The notes: generated from the letters alone by a model not told the origin. Positions 1 through 12,773 are shown, counted from the first letter of the stretch. The stretch is DNA of 64,000 bases from a bacterium (GCA_965216315.1 CBDCFN010000016.1:640001-704000); one strand, 5' to 3'. Translations and numbers: made by a program.

Positions 1-70
1 CCTACGAGGCCGGGCAGGCGATGGCGCGTAAGGATGCGGAGGCGTCGAGTCCGTTAACGGGATTTTTAAA

Positions 71-80
<10 letters not shown>
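1..80 (+). CDS. thiG: 3' end of thiazole synthase (partial, runs off window start)
   Basis: Frame 3 reads YEAGQAMARKDAEASSPLTGFLKCN*, matching the typical ThiG C-terminus (ASSPLTGFL). It overlaps the thiH start. Confidence 0.8.
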
Positions 81-2678
<2,598 letters not shown>

Positions 2679-2743
2679 TATCCCCTTGCCTTTTATCCAT
2701 GAGGAGCGTACTGCTGAGGACCGTTTGTTCGTGAGGGAGCAGC

Positions 2744-3793
2744 ATGGCCACCCGTCGAAGCACAACACGCAAGTCAACGAAATCATTAAAGAAAAAAGCA
2801 TCGTCCCCGTCTAAGCCTGTGGTGGCCTTGACCGGAGTGACGGGATTCTTGGGGGGCTCCCTCCTACAGCTCCTGGAAGCCGACTCCCGTTATGAACGCA
2901 TCATCGCTATCGACCGACGTAAGCCCCGGTTCCCACTCAAGAAAAGTAAATTTTATCGAGTTAATTTAACGGAGACGCTGGCGGATTCGAAGATCGCGGA
3001 GATTTTCAAGAAAGAAGGGGTGACGATTGTTGTGCACGCGGCCTTTCCGGTGACGCCGCTGCATAATAATACTTTGGCCCATGAAATTCAGTCGGTGGGG
3101 ACAATGTATCTCCTTAACGCCTGTGTCGCCCAGCGAATCGACAAATTGATTCTTGCTTCGACGACGGATGTTTATGGGGCGCTTCCATCAAACCCCAATT
3201 ATCTTTCAGAAGATCATCCGCCCCGCGGGGGACGCAAAAGCTCGTTTATTCGCGATAAGATTGATGCAGAGAATCAAGTCATGCGCTTCAGTAAAAACAA
3301 TCCTGCAACCGTTGTTTCTATATTGCGACCGTGTACGATCTTAGGTCCTAAGGTCCGAAATTTCAAAACAACCTTTCTGAAAAGACGTGCTGTTTTTACT
3401 GTCATGGGATTCGATCCGTTGATGCAGTTTGTTCATGAAGAGGACGTGATGTGTGCTTTGTTGAAAGTGCTGAATGAAAATCATCCGGGTATTTTTAATA
3501 TTGTGGGCCCTGGAGTCCTTCCGTTGTCTCAAATACTTTATCTGAGCGGAAAGCTCGGCGTGCCGGTTCCGTCGCCGATGCTTTATCCTATCGCACAATT
3601 AATGTGGTATACGGATATTTTTCCAGCCCCCGCGAGTCATCTTGATTTCCTTAAATATCTTTGTGTTGCCGACGGAAGTAAGGCCAAAGAGGAAATGGGT
3701 TTCGTAGCTAAATACAGTTCTACGGAGGCGTTACTCGCTTTTATTGGAGCGGAACGATTGCGTCGTGTGCATTTACTGGAGGAACAGGCCTGA
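2744..3793 (+). CDS. NAD-dependent epimerase/dehydratase (extended SDR)
   Basis: TGVTGFLG Rossmann motif, STTDVYGA, LRP..ILGP, QFVHEED. Confidence 0.85.
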   Translation: MATRRSTTRKSTKSLKKKASSPSKPVVALTGVTGFLGGSLLQLLEADSRYERIIAIDRRKPRFPLKKSKFYRVNLTETLADSKIAEIFKKEGVTIVVHAAFPVTPLHNNTLAHEIQSVGTMYLLNACVAQRIDKLILASTTDVYGALPSNPNYLSEDHPPRGGRKSSFIRDKIDAENQVMRFSKNNPATVVSILRPCTILGPKVRNFKTTFLKRRAVFTVMGFDPLMQFVHEEDVMCALLKVLNENHPGIFNIVGPGVLPLSQILYLSGKLGVPVPSPMLYPIAQLMWYTDIFPAPASHLDFLKYLCVADGSKAKEEMGFVAKYSSTEALLAFIGAERLRRVHLLEEQA

Positions 3794-4977
3794 TGGGTGA
3801 CAAATCGCAAGATAAGAAAATATTTCAGCTCTTGGTTGGCGATGAGGATGCGGCGACGTCAACGGAGAGAGAGCGGTCGTTGGAGAGTCTGGCGCTACGA
3901 CTTGAATCGCGTATTGCGGACCTGGAAGGCCAATTAAGCCGTCTCCGCGAAGGCCTGTCAGACCAAAACGAGCTTCTCCAAAAGTCATCACGGCGAGGGT
4001 CGGAGGTTCATCGTCTGGCTAAGATCTTGGAGAGCAAAATTTTAAGGTATGCAGAAGAATTTTCACCTACCAAGCAGGGAAACGAAAGTCGAAGTACTCA
4101 TTTTATCTATGAACAAATAAAAAAGTTTGCAAATGCGATGTCTGTGGAAGGAATCGGTCAGTTACTCATTTCAATGTGGTATGTTGGACGCCCCCACCCT
4201 ACAGAAGTCGATGACTTTGGTATGGATCGCGAGTTTGCGCTGCGTGTAAAGCCATTTTTCGATTTTCTTTATTATAGCTACTGGCGTGTTTCCGTGAAAG
4301 GAATCCTGAATATTCCGGATGAAGGCCGTGCTTTGGTTGTCTCCAATCACTCGGGAACTTTGCCGTATGATGGTTCGATGATCAAGCTAGCTGCAGAGAA
4401 TGACCATCCGTCACGCCCGGATATGCGCTGGTTGGTCGAGGACTTTGTCTATCACTTTCCATTTATGGGAACCTTTATGTATCGAACCGGAGGGGTGCGC
4501 GCCTGCCCCGAAAATGCAGTAAGACTTTTAGAAACAGATCACGTCGTGACGGTGTTTCCTGAAGGTGTCAAAGGGATAGGCAAGTTATATAAGCATCGTT
4601 ATCATCTGCAACGTTTTGGGCGCGGTGGCTTTGTGCGTCTTGCCCTTCGTACCGGCTCGCCGATTATTCCGACCGCCGTTATTGGTGCCGAGGAAATTCA
4701 CCCGTTGCTGCATAAATCGACTTTTATGGCGAAGCCTTTGGGGATTCCCTATATCCCCATTACACCGACTTTTCCGGCTTTAGGTTTATTCGGCCTTATT
4801 CCTTTGCCGACTAAGTGGACGATCATGTTTGGAAAGCCAATTTCCTGGCCACAATATGGGCCCAAGCATGCGGAAGACCGCTTGCTCGTCAATCGTCTCT
4901 CGGAAGAGGTCCGTACGAAGATTCAGGAGATGATTTTTGAAGGATTGGCGGCGCGGCGGTCGATATGGTTCGGTTAG
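3793..4977 (+). CDS. lysophospholipid/glycerol acyltransferase (PlsC family) with N-terminal coiled coil
   Basis: NHSGTLPYD (HxxxxD) and VFPEG motifs; translationally coupled to the epimerase gene (TGATG). Confidence 0.88.
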   Translation: MGDKSQDKKIFQLLVGDEDAATSTERERSLESLALRLESRIADLEGQLSRLREGLSDQNELLQKSSRRGSEVHRLAKILESKILRYAEEFSPTKQGNESRSTHFIYEQIKKFANAMSVEGIGQLLISMWYVGRPHPTEVDDFGMDREFALRVKPFFDFLYYSYWRVSVKGILNIPDEGRALVVSNHSGTLPYDGSMIKLAAENDHPSRPDMRWLVEDFVYHFPFMGTFMYRTGGVRACPENAVRLLETDHVVTVFPEGVKGIGKLYKHRYHLQRFGRGGFVRLALRTGSPIIPTAVIGAEEIHPLLHKSTFMAKPLGIPYIPITPTFPALGLFGLIPLPTKWTIMFGKPISWPQYGPKHAEDRLLVNRLSEEVRTKIQEMIFEGLAARRSIWFG

Positions 4978-4983
4978 GGCAGG

Positions 4984-6363
4984 TTAGATTATAAAGCGGC
5001 TATTTTTTGACGTATTTTCGATTTCCCTTAATTCTTTTTCGTATCCGGCGAGGCCTAATAAAGCCTTAATATACTTCTTAATCGATTCGACAGCTGGCTG
5101 ATCAAACGGATTGATATTGTAAATCTCTCCAGTCACAACTGTTTCAAGCTCTGCCATATAGAAGAGTTGTCCCAGGGTGTAGGCATCATGGTGAGGTAAT
5201 CGAATAGTCATGCTGGGGACGCCATGCCTTTTTAAGGCCTGTTCGGTAGCCCGATATTCAATGTCCAAGAGTTCTTTCACGCTCCTGCCGGCAAGCTCGT
5301 TCAATTCAGGATATTGTGCATAACTTTCAGGGATTTTATGATGGGTCTTTTCTTCAAGGGTAAAGAAAGTGACTGTTTTATCGCGTGGACCTTCCAAGTA
5401 TAATTGCAGCTGGCTATGCTGATCCGTTGCGCCCATGACGCGTACTGGGGTTGTTCCGGCAAAGATTTCCGTTCCGGATAGATTATGCCTTTTGCCCAGA
5501 CTTTCGGCCCAAAGTTGGGCGAACCACTCCGTATAAGCCTCTAAAGACTCGGCGTAGGGCATGAGCGTCCGGATGGACTTATCCTTCTGGGTGGCCGCTA
5601 AGTAAGAGAGAATTCCTGATATGTAAGGTGGGTTGACCCATAAGTCTGACTGTCGGGCACGTTCATCCAAGGCGCGAGCCCCCGCGAGCAGGGCCGCGAT
5701 GTCAATTCCCGTGCAAGCAGCGGGGAAAAGCCCGACTGCCGTTAATACGGAAAAGCGGCCGCCGATGCCGGGAGGAATTTCAAAGCTGAGGAGACCTTCG
5801 GAAGCCGCAATATCCCGTAGGGGGCCTGCCTCCGGGTCCGTGATGATGGCAAGATTTTCCTTGTAGGCGGATTTGCCTAAGTGTTCGATTAACTTGTCAC
5901 GAAAATAGGCGAACGAAGCCAAGGTTTCGACGGTGGCTCCCGACTTACTGATCACAATAAAAAAAGTTTCCTTAAGTGTCAGGCGATCTTCAATTTGCTG
6001 CCAGCTGAAAGGGTCGATATTGTCGATAACGGAGAGTCGAGGCGATCCATTCGTGTTCTGAATAAATTGATGGGCGCAGGCAGGTCCGAGTCCCGACCCA
6101 CCGATGCCGAGCACGACGACGTCGCTAAAGGCATCGCGGACATTTTTTCCTCGTGCGGCTATTTCTTCGGCGGTGTCATCTTGGTAGGGCAAGTCTTGAA
6201 AGGGGAGTTGGCCGAGGCGGCGTAAGTCTTTGAGGGCGGTTTGGACCTCTTGAGCAACGGGAAATAGTGCCTCGATATCTTTAAGGGTAAGGCCCTGATC
6301 GGAGTCAAGCTGGTCCGCAAGCATGTAGTTGAAGTCGAGCTGAATTTCGGCATGACGTGTCAT
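4984..6363 (-). CDS. pgi: glucose-6-phosphate isomerase
   Basis: GIGGSGLG, SKSGATVET, GGRFSVLT, QLWAESLGK, DQHSQLQ, NPFDQPAVE; start chosen at the ATG downstream of AGGA. Confidence 0.95.
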   Translation of the reverse strand: MTRHAEIQLDFNYMLADQLDSDQGLTLKDIEALFPVAQEVQTALKDLRRLGQLPFQDLPYQDDTAEEIAARGKNVRDAFSDVVVLGIGGSGLGPACAHQFIQNTNGSPRLSVIDNIDPFSWQQIEDRLTLKETFFIVISKSGATVETLASFAYFRDKLIEHLGKSAYKENLAIITDPEAGPLRDIAASEGLLSFEIPPGIGGRFSVLTAVGLFPAACTGIDIAALLAGARALDERARQSDLWVNPPYISGILSYLAATQKDKSIRTLMPYAESLEAYTEWFAQLWAESLGKRHNLSGTEIFAGTTPVRVMGATDQHSQLQLYLEGPRDKTVTFFTLEEKTHHKIPESYAQYPELNELAGRSVKELLDIEYRATEQALKRHGVPSMTIRLPHHDAYTLGQLFYMAELETVVTGEIYNINPFDQPAVESIKKYIKALLGLAGYEKELREIENTSKNSRFII

Positions 6364-6501
6364 TGCTTGCATCCTACGAGAAATTCTCGCTTGATTCAAG
6401 AAAAGCGTGTATTAAGAAATTTCGGAGTATGAGTGTCAAGCTGGAGCTGTGCTTCGGCGCGAAACAAAATCGCAATGTAATGAAGATTTTGTGGAGTATG
6501 A

Positions 6502-7449
6502 ATGTCGACAGGGATCGTTTGGGACAAAATTTTTCTTGAGCATGATACGGGCCCCTATCATCCGGAACGAGCGGCGCGTTTGAATGCGATTTGGGATCGA
6601 CTGAACGAATCAACTCTCATTCAGCAGGTCGAGACGATTGCACCGCGTCCCGCAACGCACGAAGAGATCGCCCTGATTCATAGTCTGGATCATATCCGCG
6701 AAATAGAAAATACGAGCGGAATGACGCTGCATCTCGATCCCGATACGGTGGCTTCACCTCAGAGCTATCAAGCGGCACGAATGGCGGCAGGTGGTTTGTT
6801 AGAGTGTGTGGATCGTGTTGTGGGGCCCTCTGATATGAACAATGCTTTTGCCCTGGTGCGTCCTCCCGGCCATCACGCGGAAGCCGAACGCGCCATGGGA
6901 TTTTGTCTATTTAATAATGTTGCCATCGCTGCGGAATATGCGCGCAAACAGCATGGTTTGCAGCGAATCCTGATATTGGATTACGATGTTCATCACGGCA
7001 ATGGAACGCAATGGGCTTTTTATGAGCGCCCGGACATTTTTTATTGTTCAATTCATCGCTACCCATTTTACCCGGGGACGGGCGCAGCGAGTGAAGAGGG
7101 TAAAGGGAAAGGTCGCGGCTATACATTGAATGTTCCCATGGATGGTGGAGAAGGGGACCTTGAGTATGAGACGGTTTATGAAAAGACAGTGTTGCCCATC
7201 GCACGTGATTTTGATCCGGACCTCATCCTTTTGTCAGCTGGCTACGATGCTCATTTGCAGGATCCGTTGGGCGGGATGAATGTGAGCGCAGAGGGTTTCA
7301 GGCGGATGACAGAAGGTTTGCTCAAAGTTGCTGCTGAAAAATGCGAGGGACGCCTGGTGGCAGTGCTTGAAGGTGGTTATGACTTGCAAGGGTTGGCTGA
7401 GAGTGTTGAGGCAACTTTGAAGGAAATGATAGCTTATAAAGGTTGCTGA
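6502..7449 (+). CDS. histone deacetylase-family (class II-like) amidohydrolase
   Basis: HPE..ARL, RPPGHHA, GFCLFNNVA, DYDVHHGNGTQ, SAGYDAH..DPLG, LEGGY. Confidence 0.95.
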   Translation: MSTGIVWDKIFLEHDTGPYHPERAARLNAIWDRLNESTLIQQVETIAPRPATHEEIALIHSLDHIREIENTSGMTLHLDPDTVASPQSYQAARMAAGGLLECVDRVVGPSDMNNAFALVRPPGHHAEAERAMGFCLFNNVAIAAEYARKQHGLQRILILDYDVHHGNGTQWAFYERPDIFYCSIHRYPFYPGTGAASEEGKGKGRGYTLNVPMDGGEGDLEYETVYEKTVLPIARDFDPDLILLSAGYDAHLQDPLGGMNVSAEGFRRMTEGLLKVAAEKCEGRLVAVLEGGYDLQGLAESVEATLKEMIAYKGC

Positions 7450-10058
7450 GCTTGAAGGTTAGGGAGGTCGTTGATTTCGGCTTCGATGTCTTCGTTTGCT
7501 GTGTTTTCGTTTCCGGCGTTGTCCGTGTCTAAGTTGTCATAATTTTCAAAGTCTTCAAATAAGAAGTCCGAAGCGCGATTGGGGTCAACTCCATCAGGGA
7601 CAGTATCACCCGCGTCATCCAAGGATTCGCGTATTTCATGGTACAGTGCGGAACCGCCTGAAAGTTCTCCGAGACTCGCAACGCTAAGCCCCTCGGGGAC
7701 TGGTAACCGGATAGGGTCGATGCCGGCCAAAGCCACCTTCATATACTTATTCCAGATAGGGGCCGAGACAACGCCGCCCGTCATGCCGCGTCCGAGTCGT
7801 TTTTTGTTTTCAAAGCCCACCCAGACGCCGGTGCAGAGATTTGCGGAATAGCCGATAAACCAGGCATCGGTTTCTTTGTTGGTTGTTCCTGTCTTGCCCC
7901 CAAGTTCCCATTCGGGGATACGAGCCTTGTAGCCGGTGCCGCCATCAACAACATTTTTCATTAAACGCGTCATGATAAAGGCGGTTTGTGGGGTGATAAC
8001 ATGGCCGGGTGGAATTCGCGCGCCATAGAGAGTCTTGATCTCTTCGGGAGTCAGCTTCAGATCTTTTTCTCCGATAAACTTTTCTTCTTTGCGGACGAGA
8101 TCGGAATTCAGTTGGTCTTCTTCTTCAAGTGAAAGAATGACTTCATGTTTGGGAGGGTCGGACGGTTCGATTTTTTGGAGTACTTTCCCTTCTTTGTCGG
8201 TTATCTTGCGAATCGCTGTTGGTGTCGGAAGAATGCCGAGGCTTGGAAATACCGAATAGGCGCGCACCATTTCTTCAACACGTGTATCGGTGGCGCCCAG
8301 TGCTGAAGAGAGGTAAGGCCGAATCTCATTGATGCCCAGCTTATGGGCAAAGGCAACGGCATAATCGATTCCGATATCATGGAAGATCTTAACGGCAATA
8401 ACGTTGACGGAGTGTTTGAGGGCTGAGGCAAAATCCATCGGGCCATTAAATTTGCGCCCGTAATTTTGCGGGCTCCAAAAAGAGCGTTTGCCAACTTGAA
8501 AAGTAACCGGCGAATCCGAGATGGAAGTTCGGGAGGTGTAGCCTTTGTCCAGTGCCGCCGCGTAGAGTATCGGTTTGAAGGCGGAGCCCGGCTGCCGAAA
8601 GGCCTGAACGGCGCGATTGAATTCACTGCGTTCAAAGTCGTAGCCTCCCACGACCGCTTCGATCTCGCCCGTTAAGGGGTTCATTGAGAAGAGGGCGCCC
8701 TCGACGCGAGGCTCTTGCTCTAACTTGAATGGGGCCACCACTCCCGGGGCCGGGGAATGACCTTCCTTTAACATGGCCCAGAGGACCCAGCCTTTTTCAA
8801 TCCGCTTAGTTGCCCATTTATGGTCGGCTTTGGCAATTTTTCCTTTCACGCGACCAACGAGTATGTTGAGAGTGCGATCCGGTCCAATGTCGGTGACGAC
8901 CGCTTTGTACAATCGGTTCGGGCGCAGCGGAGTCGTTTCGTTGGTGCTCTCTGGAGGAGGCGGAATGTAAAACGATTGTTTTTCTCTCGCGACAGCTTTT
9001 TTGTGTACGTTCTCTGCGAAGCTTGCCCACTCATCGGCTGTCAACACTTGAAGAGGACCACGAAATCCCTGGCGTTTATCGACGACGCGGAGGCCGTCTT
9101 GTACAGCTTGTTGAGCCGCCGCTTGGATCTTCCAATCCACTGTCGTGTAAATCTTGAGGCCACCTTTATAAAGAGTTTCAGTGCCATACGTTTCGGCGAT
9201 GCGGCGACGCACGTACTCAGTGAAATATGGGATGTACTGCATGTTGAATTTTTTGTCGGTTCGGGCGCGGTAAATCTTGAGCGTTGCCTGGAATGCATGC
9301 TCGGATTGCTCTTTTGTAATAAAGCCGGCATCGACCATCCGTTCAAGCACAAGTTTTTGGCGGATTTTAGAGCTCTTGGGGCTGCGGGTTGGAGAGAATT
9401 CAGCGGGTGCTGAAGGAAGTCCCGCTATCATCGATATTTCGGCGAGGCTTAATTTATCGAGTGGTTTCTGGAAATAATTCCAAGCGGCGGCACCGACGCC
9501 ATAAGCACGGTTACCGAGGAAAATTTGATTGAGGTAGAGGTAAAGAATTTCTTCTTTGCTCAGGTTCTGTTCAATTTGAGTAGCGAGTATCGCTTCTTTA
9601 ACCTTTCGAGCTAAGGTCCTTTCGCGTGTCAGCAATAAGGAGCGCGCTACTTGTTGCGTGATTGTCGATCCACCCTGAACCACGCGCCCGGCCTTGAGGT
9701 TCTTTAAGAAAGCGCGCGCGATACTGCGGAAATCGACGCCCGTATGCTCATAGAACCGCGCGTCTTCTGAGGCGACAAAGGCCTGGATCACACGCTTGGG
9801 AATTTTTTCGTAGGGGATGAGCAGGCGCTTTTCTTTCCAGAATTCACCTATTTTGACGCCATTTCGGTCAAATACCTCACTAAATACAGGAGGGTTGTAC
9901 TCGGAGACGGTCGATATATCGGGAAGATCCCGGACATAGCTAAAATAAAGATATCCCGCCCCCGCAACGCCGATTACAATCAGGATTAAGGGGATCCCAA
10001 TCACGATCTTGAGCAGGCGAGAAACGCTTTGGAATGCTGAGGGCCGGTTTTCGGTCAT
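7434..10058 (-). CDS. mrcA: penicillin-binding protein 1A (transglycosylase-transpeptidase)
   Basis: N-terminal TM; EDARFYEH, GGSTITQQ, RKVKE (GT51); SAFK, SVN, KTGT (transpeptidase). Confidence 0.93.
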   Translation of the reverse strand: MTENRPSAFQSVSRLLKIVIGIPLILIVIGVAGAGYLYFSYVRDLPDISTVSEYNPPVFSEVFDRNGVKIGEFWKEKRLLIPYEKIPKRVIQAFVASEDARFYEHTGVDFRSIARAFLKNLKAGRVVQGGSTITQQVARSLLLTRERTLARKVKEAILATQIEQNLSKEEILYLYLNQIFLGNRAYGVGAAAWNYFQKPLDKLSLAEISMIAGLPSAPAEFSPTRSPKSSKIRQKLVLERMVDAGFITKEQSEHAFQATLKIYRARTDKKFNMQYIPYFTEYVRRRIAETYGTETLYKGGLKIYTTVDWKIQAAAQQAVQDGLRVVDKRQGFRGPLQVLTADEWASFAENVHKKAVAREKQSFYIPPPPESTNETTPLRPNRLYKAVVTDIGPDRTLNILVGRVKGKIAKADHKWATKRIEKGWVLWAMLKEGHSPAPGVVAPFKLEQEPRVEGALFSMNPLTGEIEAVVGGYDFERSEFNRAVQAFRQPGSAFKPILYAAALDKGYTSRTSISDSPVTFQVGKRSFWSPQNYGRKFNGPMDFASALKHSVNVIAVKIFHDIGIDYAVAFAHKLGINEIRPYLSSALGATDTRVEEMVRAYSVFPSLGILPTPTAIRKITDKEGKVLQKIEPSDPPKHEVILSLEEEDQLNSDLVRKEEKFIGEKDLKLTPEEIKTLYGARIPPGHVITPQTAFIMTRLMKNVVDGGTGYKARIPEWELGGKTGTTNKETDAWFIGYSANLCTGVWVGFENKKRLGRGMTGGVVSAPIWNKYMKVALAGIDPIRLPVPEGLSVASLGELSGGSALYHEIRESLDDAGDTVPDGVDPNRASDFLFEDFENYDNLDTDNAGNENTANEDIEAEINDLPNLQAQQPL

Positions 10059-10243
10059 TCGTGCTCCGCAAATTCTCCATATATCATTAGGACTTGCTGT
10101 GCTCCGTAGGGAGTTATTGGCCTGATAGAATGATCTCTAACATGTGACGGAAGGAGATTGCAATGGTCTGGGCCAGATTATGGGCTTGCCAGATCCAGGA
10201 GGCGTTGTTATGGCATGGCGCCTAATTGTAAGGAGGGTATTTC

Positions 10244-10483
10244 ATGTTTAAGCAGATCGTAACACTTGCGTCGTTTGGAATTTTGGTCCTAACGGCTGCC
10301 TGCAGCTTCGAATCCCAGGATACAGCGAGCAGCGCGGCCGAACAGCCAACGGCAGCTGCCGAAGCGCCTGCAGAAGAGCCCGCGGCGGCTCCGGCGCCGG
10401 CCCCTGCAGCAGAGCCAGCTCCTGCAGCAGCGCCAGCCCCTGCAGAGGCTCCTGCTGAAAAAACTGCTCCCGCCGCGGAGTAG
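10244..10483 (+). CDS. small Ala/Pro/Glu-rich lipoprotein
   Basis: AAGGAGGG RBS; lipobox LTAAC; low-complexity APAEEPAAAP tail. Confidence 0.8.
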   Translation: MFKQIVTLASFGILVLTAACSFESQDTASSAAEQPTAAAEAPAEEPAAAPAPAPAAEPAPAAAPAPAEAPAEKTAPAAE

Positions 10484-10488
10484 ACGTC

Positions 10489-10662
10489 ATGGCCAACGAC
10501 AGTCGTTGTCCGCACGAATCAGACTGGTACTGTAAACTGCTGGATAAGCCATGTCATCCGGGGATGGCTGGCTGCATCTTGTCAGGACAGCCAATGGTCG
10601 ATGCGTTGTTGGCCTTTGAAGCGAAACAGGAAGCAGACGAGAGCCCGAAGTCTGAAGGCTAA
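10489..10662 (+). CDS. 57-aa four-cysteine protein (absent from ORF track)
   Basis: GGAG 8 nt upstream of ATG; MANDSRCPHESDWYCKLLDKPCHPGMAGCILSGQPMVDALLAFEAKQEADESPKSEG*; fills the gap between the lipoprotein and CDF genes. Confidence 0.7.
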   Translation: MANDSRCPHESDWYCKLLDKPCHPGMAGCILSGQPMVDALLAFEAKQEADESPKSEG

Positions 10663-10664
10663 CT

Positions 10665-11606
10665 TCAGGTTTCGGGCTTTTCGTCACATTCAAATTGAAT
10701 ATTTGCGTGACTGATATTGAAGCGCTCTTTGACTAGTTGGCAGAGTCGATCGAGAATATCGTGCGTTTCGCTGATACGTAAATCGGACGTTAGCGCGTGG
10801 GCCGTCATCGTATACATGTGAGACGTGATCTCCCAGATGTGGACGTCATGCACCTGCCTGATTTCAGGAATCTCATTACAGATTGTTTTAACCACTTGAT
10901 CGACATTGATATGCTTCGGGGTTGATTCTAATAATATATGTGATGAATCATGGAGCAGTTTGAAGCCCCAATAAGAAATGATGGCCGCAATCAAAAAACT
11001 GACAATCGGGTCCGATTGAGCCCAACCGGTAAAATGAATCAAAATAGCGCAGCCGACGACGCCAACAGAGCTGAGTGTGTCGCCGATCATGTGCATGAAG
11101 GCGCTGCGGACGTTTAGGTCGCCATGGCTGACACGAGAGAGTATTAAGGCACTGATTAGATTGACGGCCAATCCGATCACCGCGATGATGAACATCTCTC
11201 GACTTTGGATGGCGACCGGATGCATGAGCCGATCGATCGCTTCGTAGACTATCAGTGCCGCTACCGCGAACATCGTTAGACCGTTTACTAAGGCTGCCAG
11301 TACTTCGATCCGATAGAGGCCAAAAGAGCGATGAGCCCCGGCGGGTCGGCTGGCGATGACAATAGCGGCATAGCTGATTACTAAGGCGAGTGAGTGCGTC
11401 AACATGTGACCTGCATCCGAGAGCAAGGAAAGGCTGCCACTGATGATGCCGCCGATAACTTCCAATACCATGGTCGTGCTGGTCAGCAGGAGTGTCAGTA
11501 GTAGGTGGCGCTTTTCACGGGGTCGATGTTCGTCGGATTGCCATGGGCCCAAGGGTTTGTGATTTAACGGGCCGGCCTCGGGCGGGTGTTCATGGGAGAG
11601 AGACAC
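10665..11606 (-). CDS. cation diffusion facilitator (Zn/Co/Cd, CzcD/ZitB-like) transporter
   Basis: SLSLLSDAGHMLTH, FGLYRIEVLAA, NVRSAFMHMIGD, VHDVHIW; start uncertain (GTG 11606 chosen). Confidence 0.9.
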   Translation of the reverse strand: MSLSHEHPPEAGPLNHKPLGPWQSDEHRPREKRHLLLTLLLTSTTMVLEVIGGIISGSLSLLSDAGHMLTHSLALVISYAAIVIASRPAGAHRSFGLYRIEVLAALVNGLTMFAVAALIVYEAIDRLMHPVAIQSREMFIIAVIGLAVNLISALILSRVSHGDLNVRSAFMHMIGDTLSSVGVVGCAILIHFTGWAQSDPIVSFLIAAIISYWGFKLLHDSSHILLESTPKHINVDQVVKTICNEIPEIRQVHDVHIWEITSHMYTMTAHALTSDLRISETHDILDRLCQLVKERFNISHANIQFECDEKPET

Positions 11607-11660
11607 CTGTGCAGGGTATAATGGGATGGAATAATTTGCAAATTGCGAACCGCACACGTA

Positions 11661-11720
11661 ATGTAGGGGAGCTGCTTGCTGCGCCCTTATCAGGGGGCGC
11701 GCCAAGGGTCGCCCCTACAT
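11661..11720. repeat. inverted pair of GTAG-type REP-like palindromes
   Basis: ATGTAGGGGAGCTGCTTGCTGCGCCC...GGGCGCGCCAAGGGTCGCCCCTACAT; related copies at 58787-58844 and 59497-59519. Confidence 0.6.
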
Positions 11721-12770
11721 ATGGCACAAAAGAAAAAACAAATTGGGGTACTTACGGGAGGTGGTGACTGCCCCGGCTTAAATGCAGTTATCCGCGCGAT
11801 TGTCCGCAAAGCGCTGCCGCTGGGCTATGAAGTCAAAGGTTATCTAAGGGGTTGGGAAGGTATCCTCACACGAAAATCAATTCACTTAAACCTCCGCTCT
11901 GTCACGGGAATACTACGGCAGGGCGGGACGATACTGCAGACATCGAGAACGAATCCTTTCAAGGATAGTAAAACAGAGCGAGCCTTCTTGGTTTCCTTAA
12001 AAGCGCTCAAATTGCACGGGCTGATCGCCATTGGCGGTGAGGATACCTTAGGCGTTGCGGCGAGACTGGCGAAGAAAAGTTACCCGGTGGTTGGTGTGCC
12101 AAAGACGATCGACAATGATTTGATGGGAACAGAGCAGACCGTAGGGTTTGATACAGCTGTAACGGTAGCGACGGAAGCGATTGATCGATTGTCAACGACG
12201 GCAGAGAGCCACAATCGCGTCATTGTACTCGAAGTCATGGGGCGACATGCGGGATGGATTGCATCCCATGCGGGGCTTGCCGGCGGCGCCGATGGTATCC
12301 TGATTCCGGAGCAACCATTTGAGCTGGAAGAAATTTGCTCGATTATTAGCAAACGTCACAGGCGGGGAAAAAACTTCTCCATAATTGTCGCTGCTGAAGG
12401 CGCACAGATGAAACAGGGGCGCGCCAGGCAACAGATCCTTTCGAGCGAGGAGACGGATGCCTTCGGTCATGTGAAACTCGGTGGGATTGGCCCGTTATTG
12501 GCGAAGGAAATTGAAGCGCGCACCGGGTTTGAGAGTCGTGCGGTCGTGCTCGGTCACTTACAGCGCGGAGGATCGCCTACACCCTATGATCGGATTTTGG
12601 CGACGCGCTACGGGGTTCGAGCTGTGGAGCTGCTAGACAAGAGACGGTTTGGACGCATGGTGGCCTTACAGCGAGGCAAGATTACGGATGTGGCCCTCGC
12701 GACCGTGACCAAAGGGATAAAAAAAGTAGACAAGGAACTCTATAGAGTGGCATCGACGTTTTTTGGGTAA
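11721..12770 (+). CDS. pfkA: 6-phosphofructokinase, group III; GGEDT/PKTIDND suggests PPi-dependence
   Basis: GGGDCPGLNA, TSRTNP, GGEDT, PKTIDND, EVMGRHAGW, LGHLQRGG. Confidence 0.92.
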   Translation: MAQKKKQIGVLTGGGDCPGLNAVIRAIVRKALPLGYEVKGYLRGWEGILTRKSIHLNLRSVTGILRQGGTILQTSRTNPFKDSKTERAFLVSLKALKLHGLIAIGGEDTLGVAARLAKKSYPVVGVPKTIDNDLMGTEQTVGFDTAVTVATEAIDRLSTTAESHNRVIVLEVMGRHAGWIASHAGLAGGADGILIPEQPFELEEICSIISKRHRRGKNFSIIVAAEGAQMKQGRARQQILSSEETDAFGHVKLGGIGPLLAKEIEARTGFESRAVVLGHLQRGGSPTPYDRILATRYGVRAVELLDKRRFGRMVALQRGKITDVALATVTKGIKKVDKELYRVASTFFG

Positions 12771-12773
12771 GTT

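Noticed and set aside
1..70. TPP riboswitch for the thi operon
   Set aside because: The operon start lies outside the window; this stretch is thiG coding sequence.
10491..10614. Long imperfect hairpin (GGCCAACGAC...GTTGTTGGCC) as a possible ncRNA
   Set aside because: No recognisable SRP/6S motifs; better explained by the 57-aa ORF.
11607..11720. Extended starts of the CDF and pfk ORFs
   Set aside because: They run through the intergenic REP-like palindrome and overlap each other.
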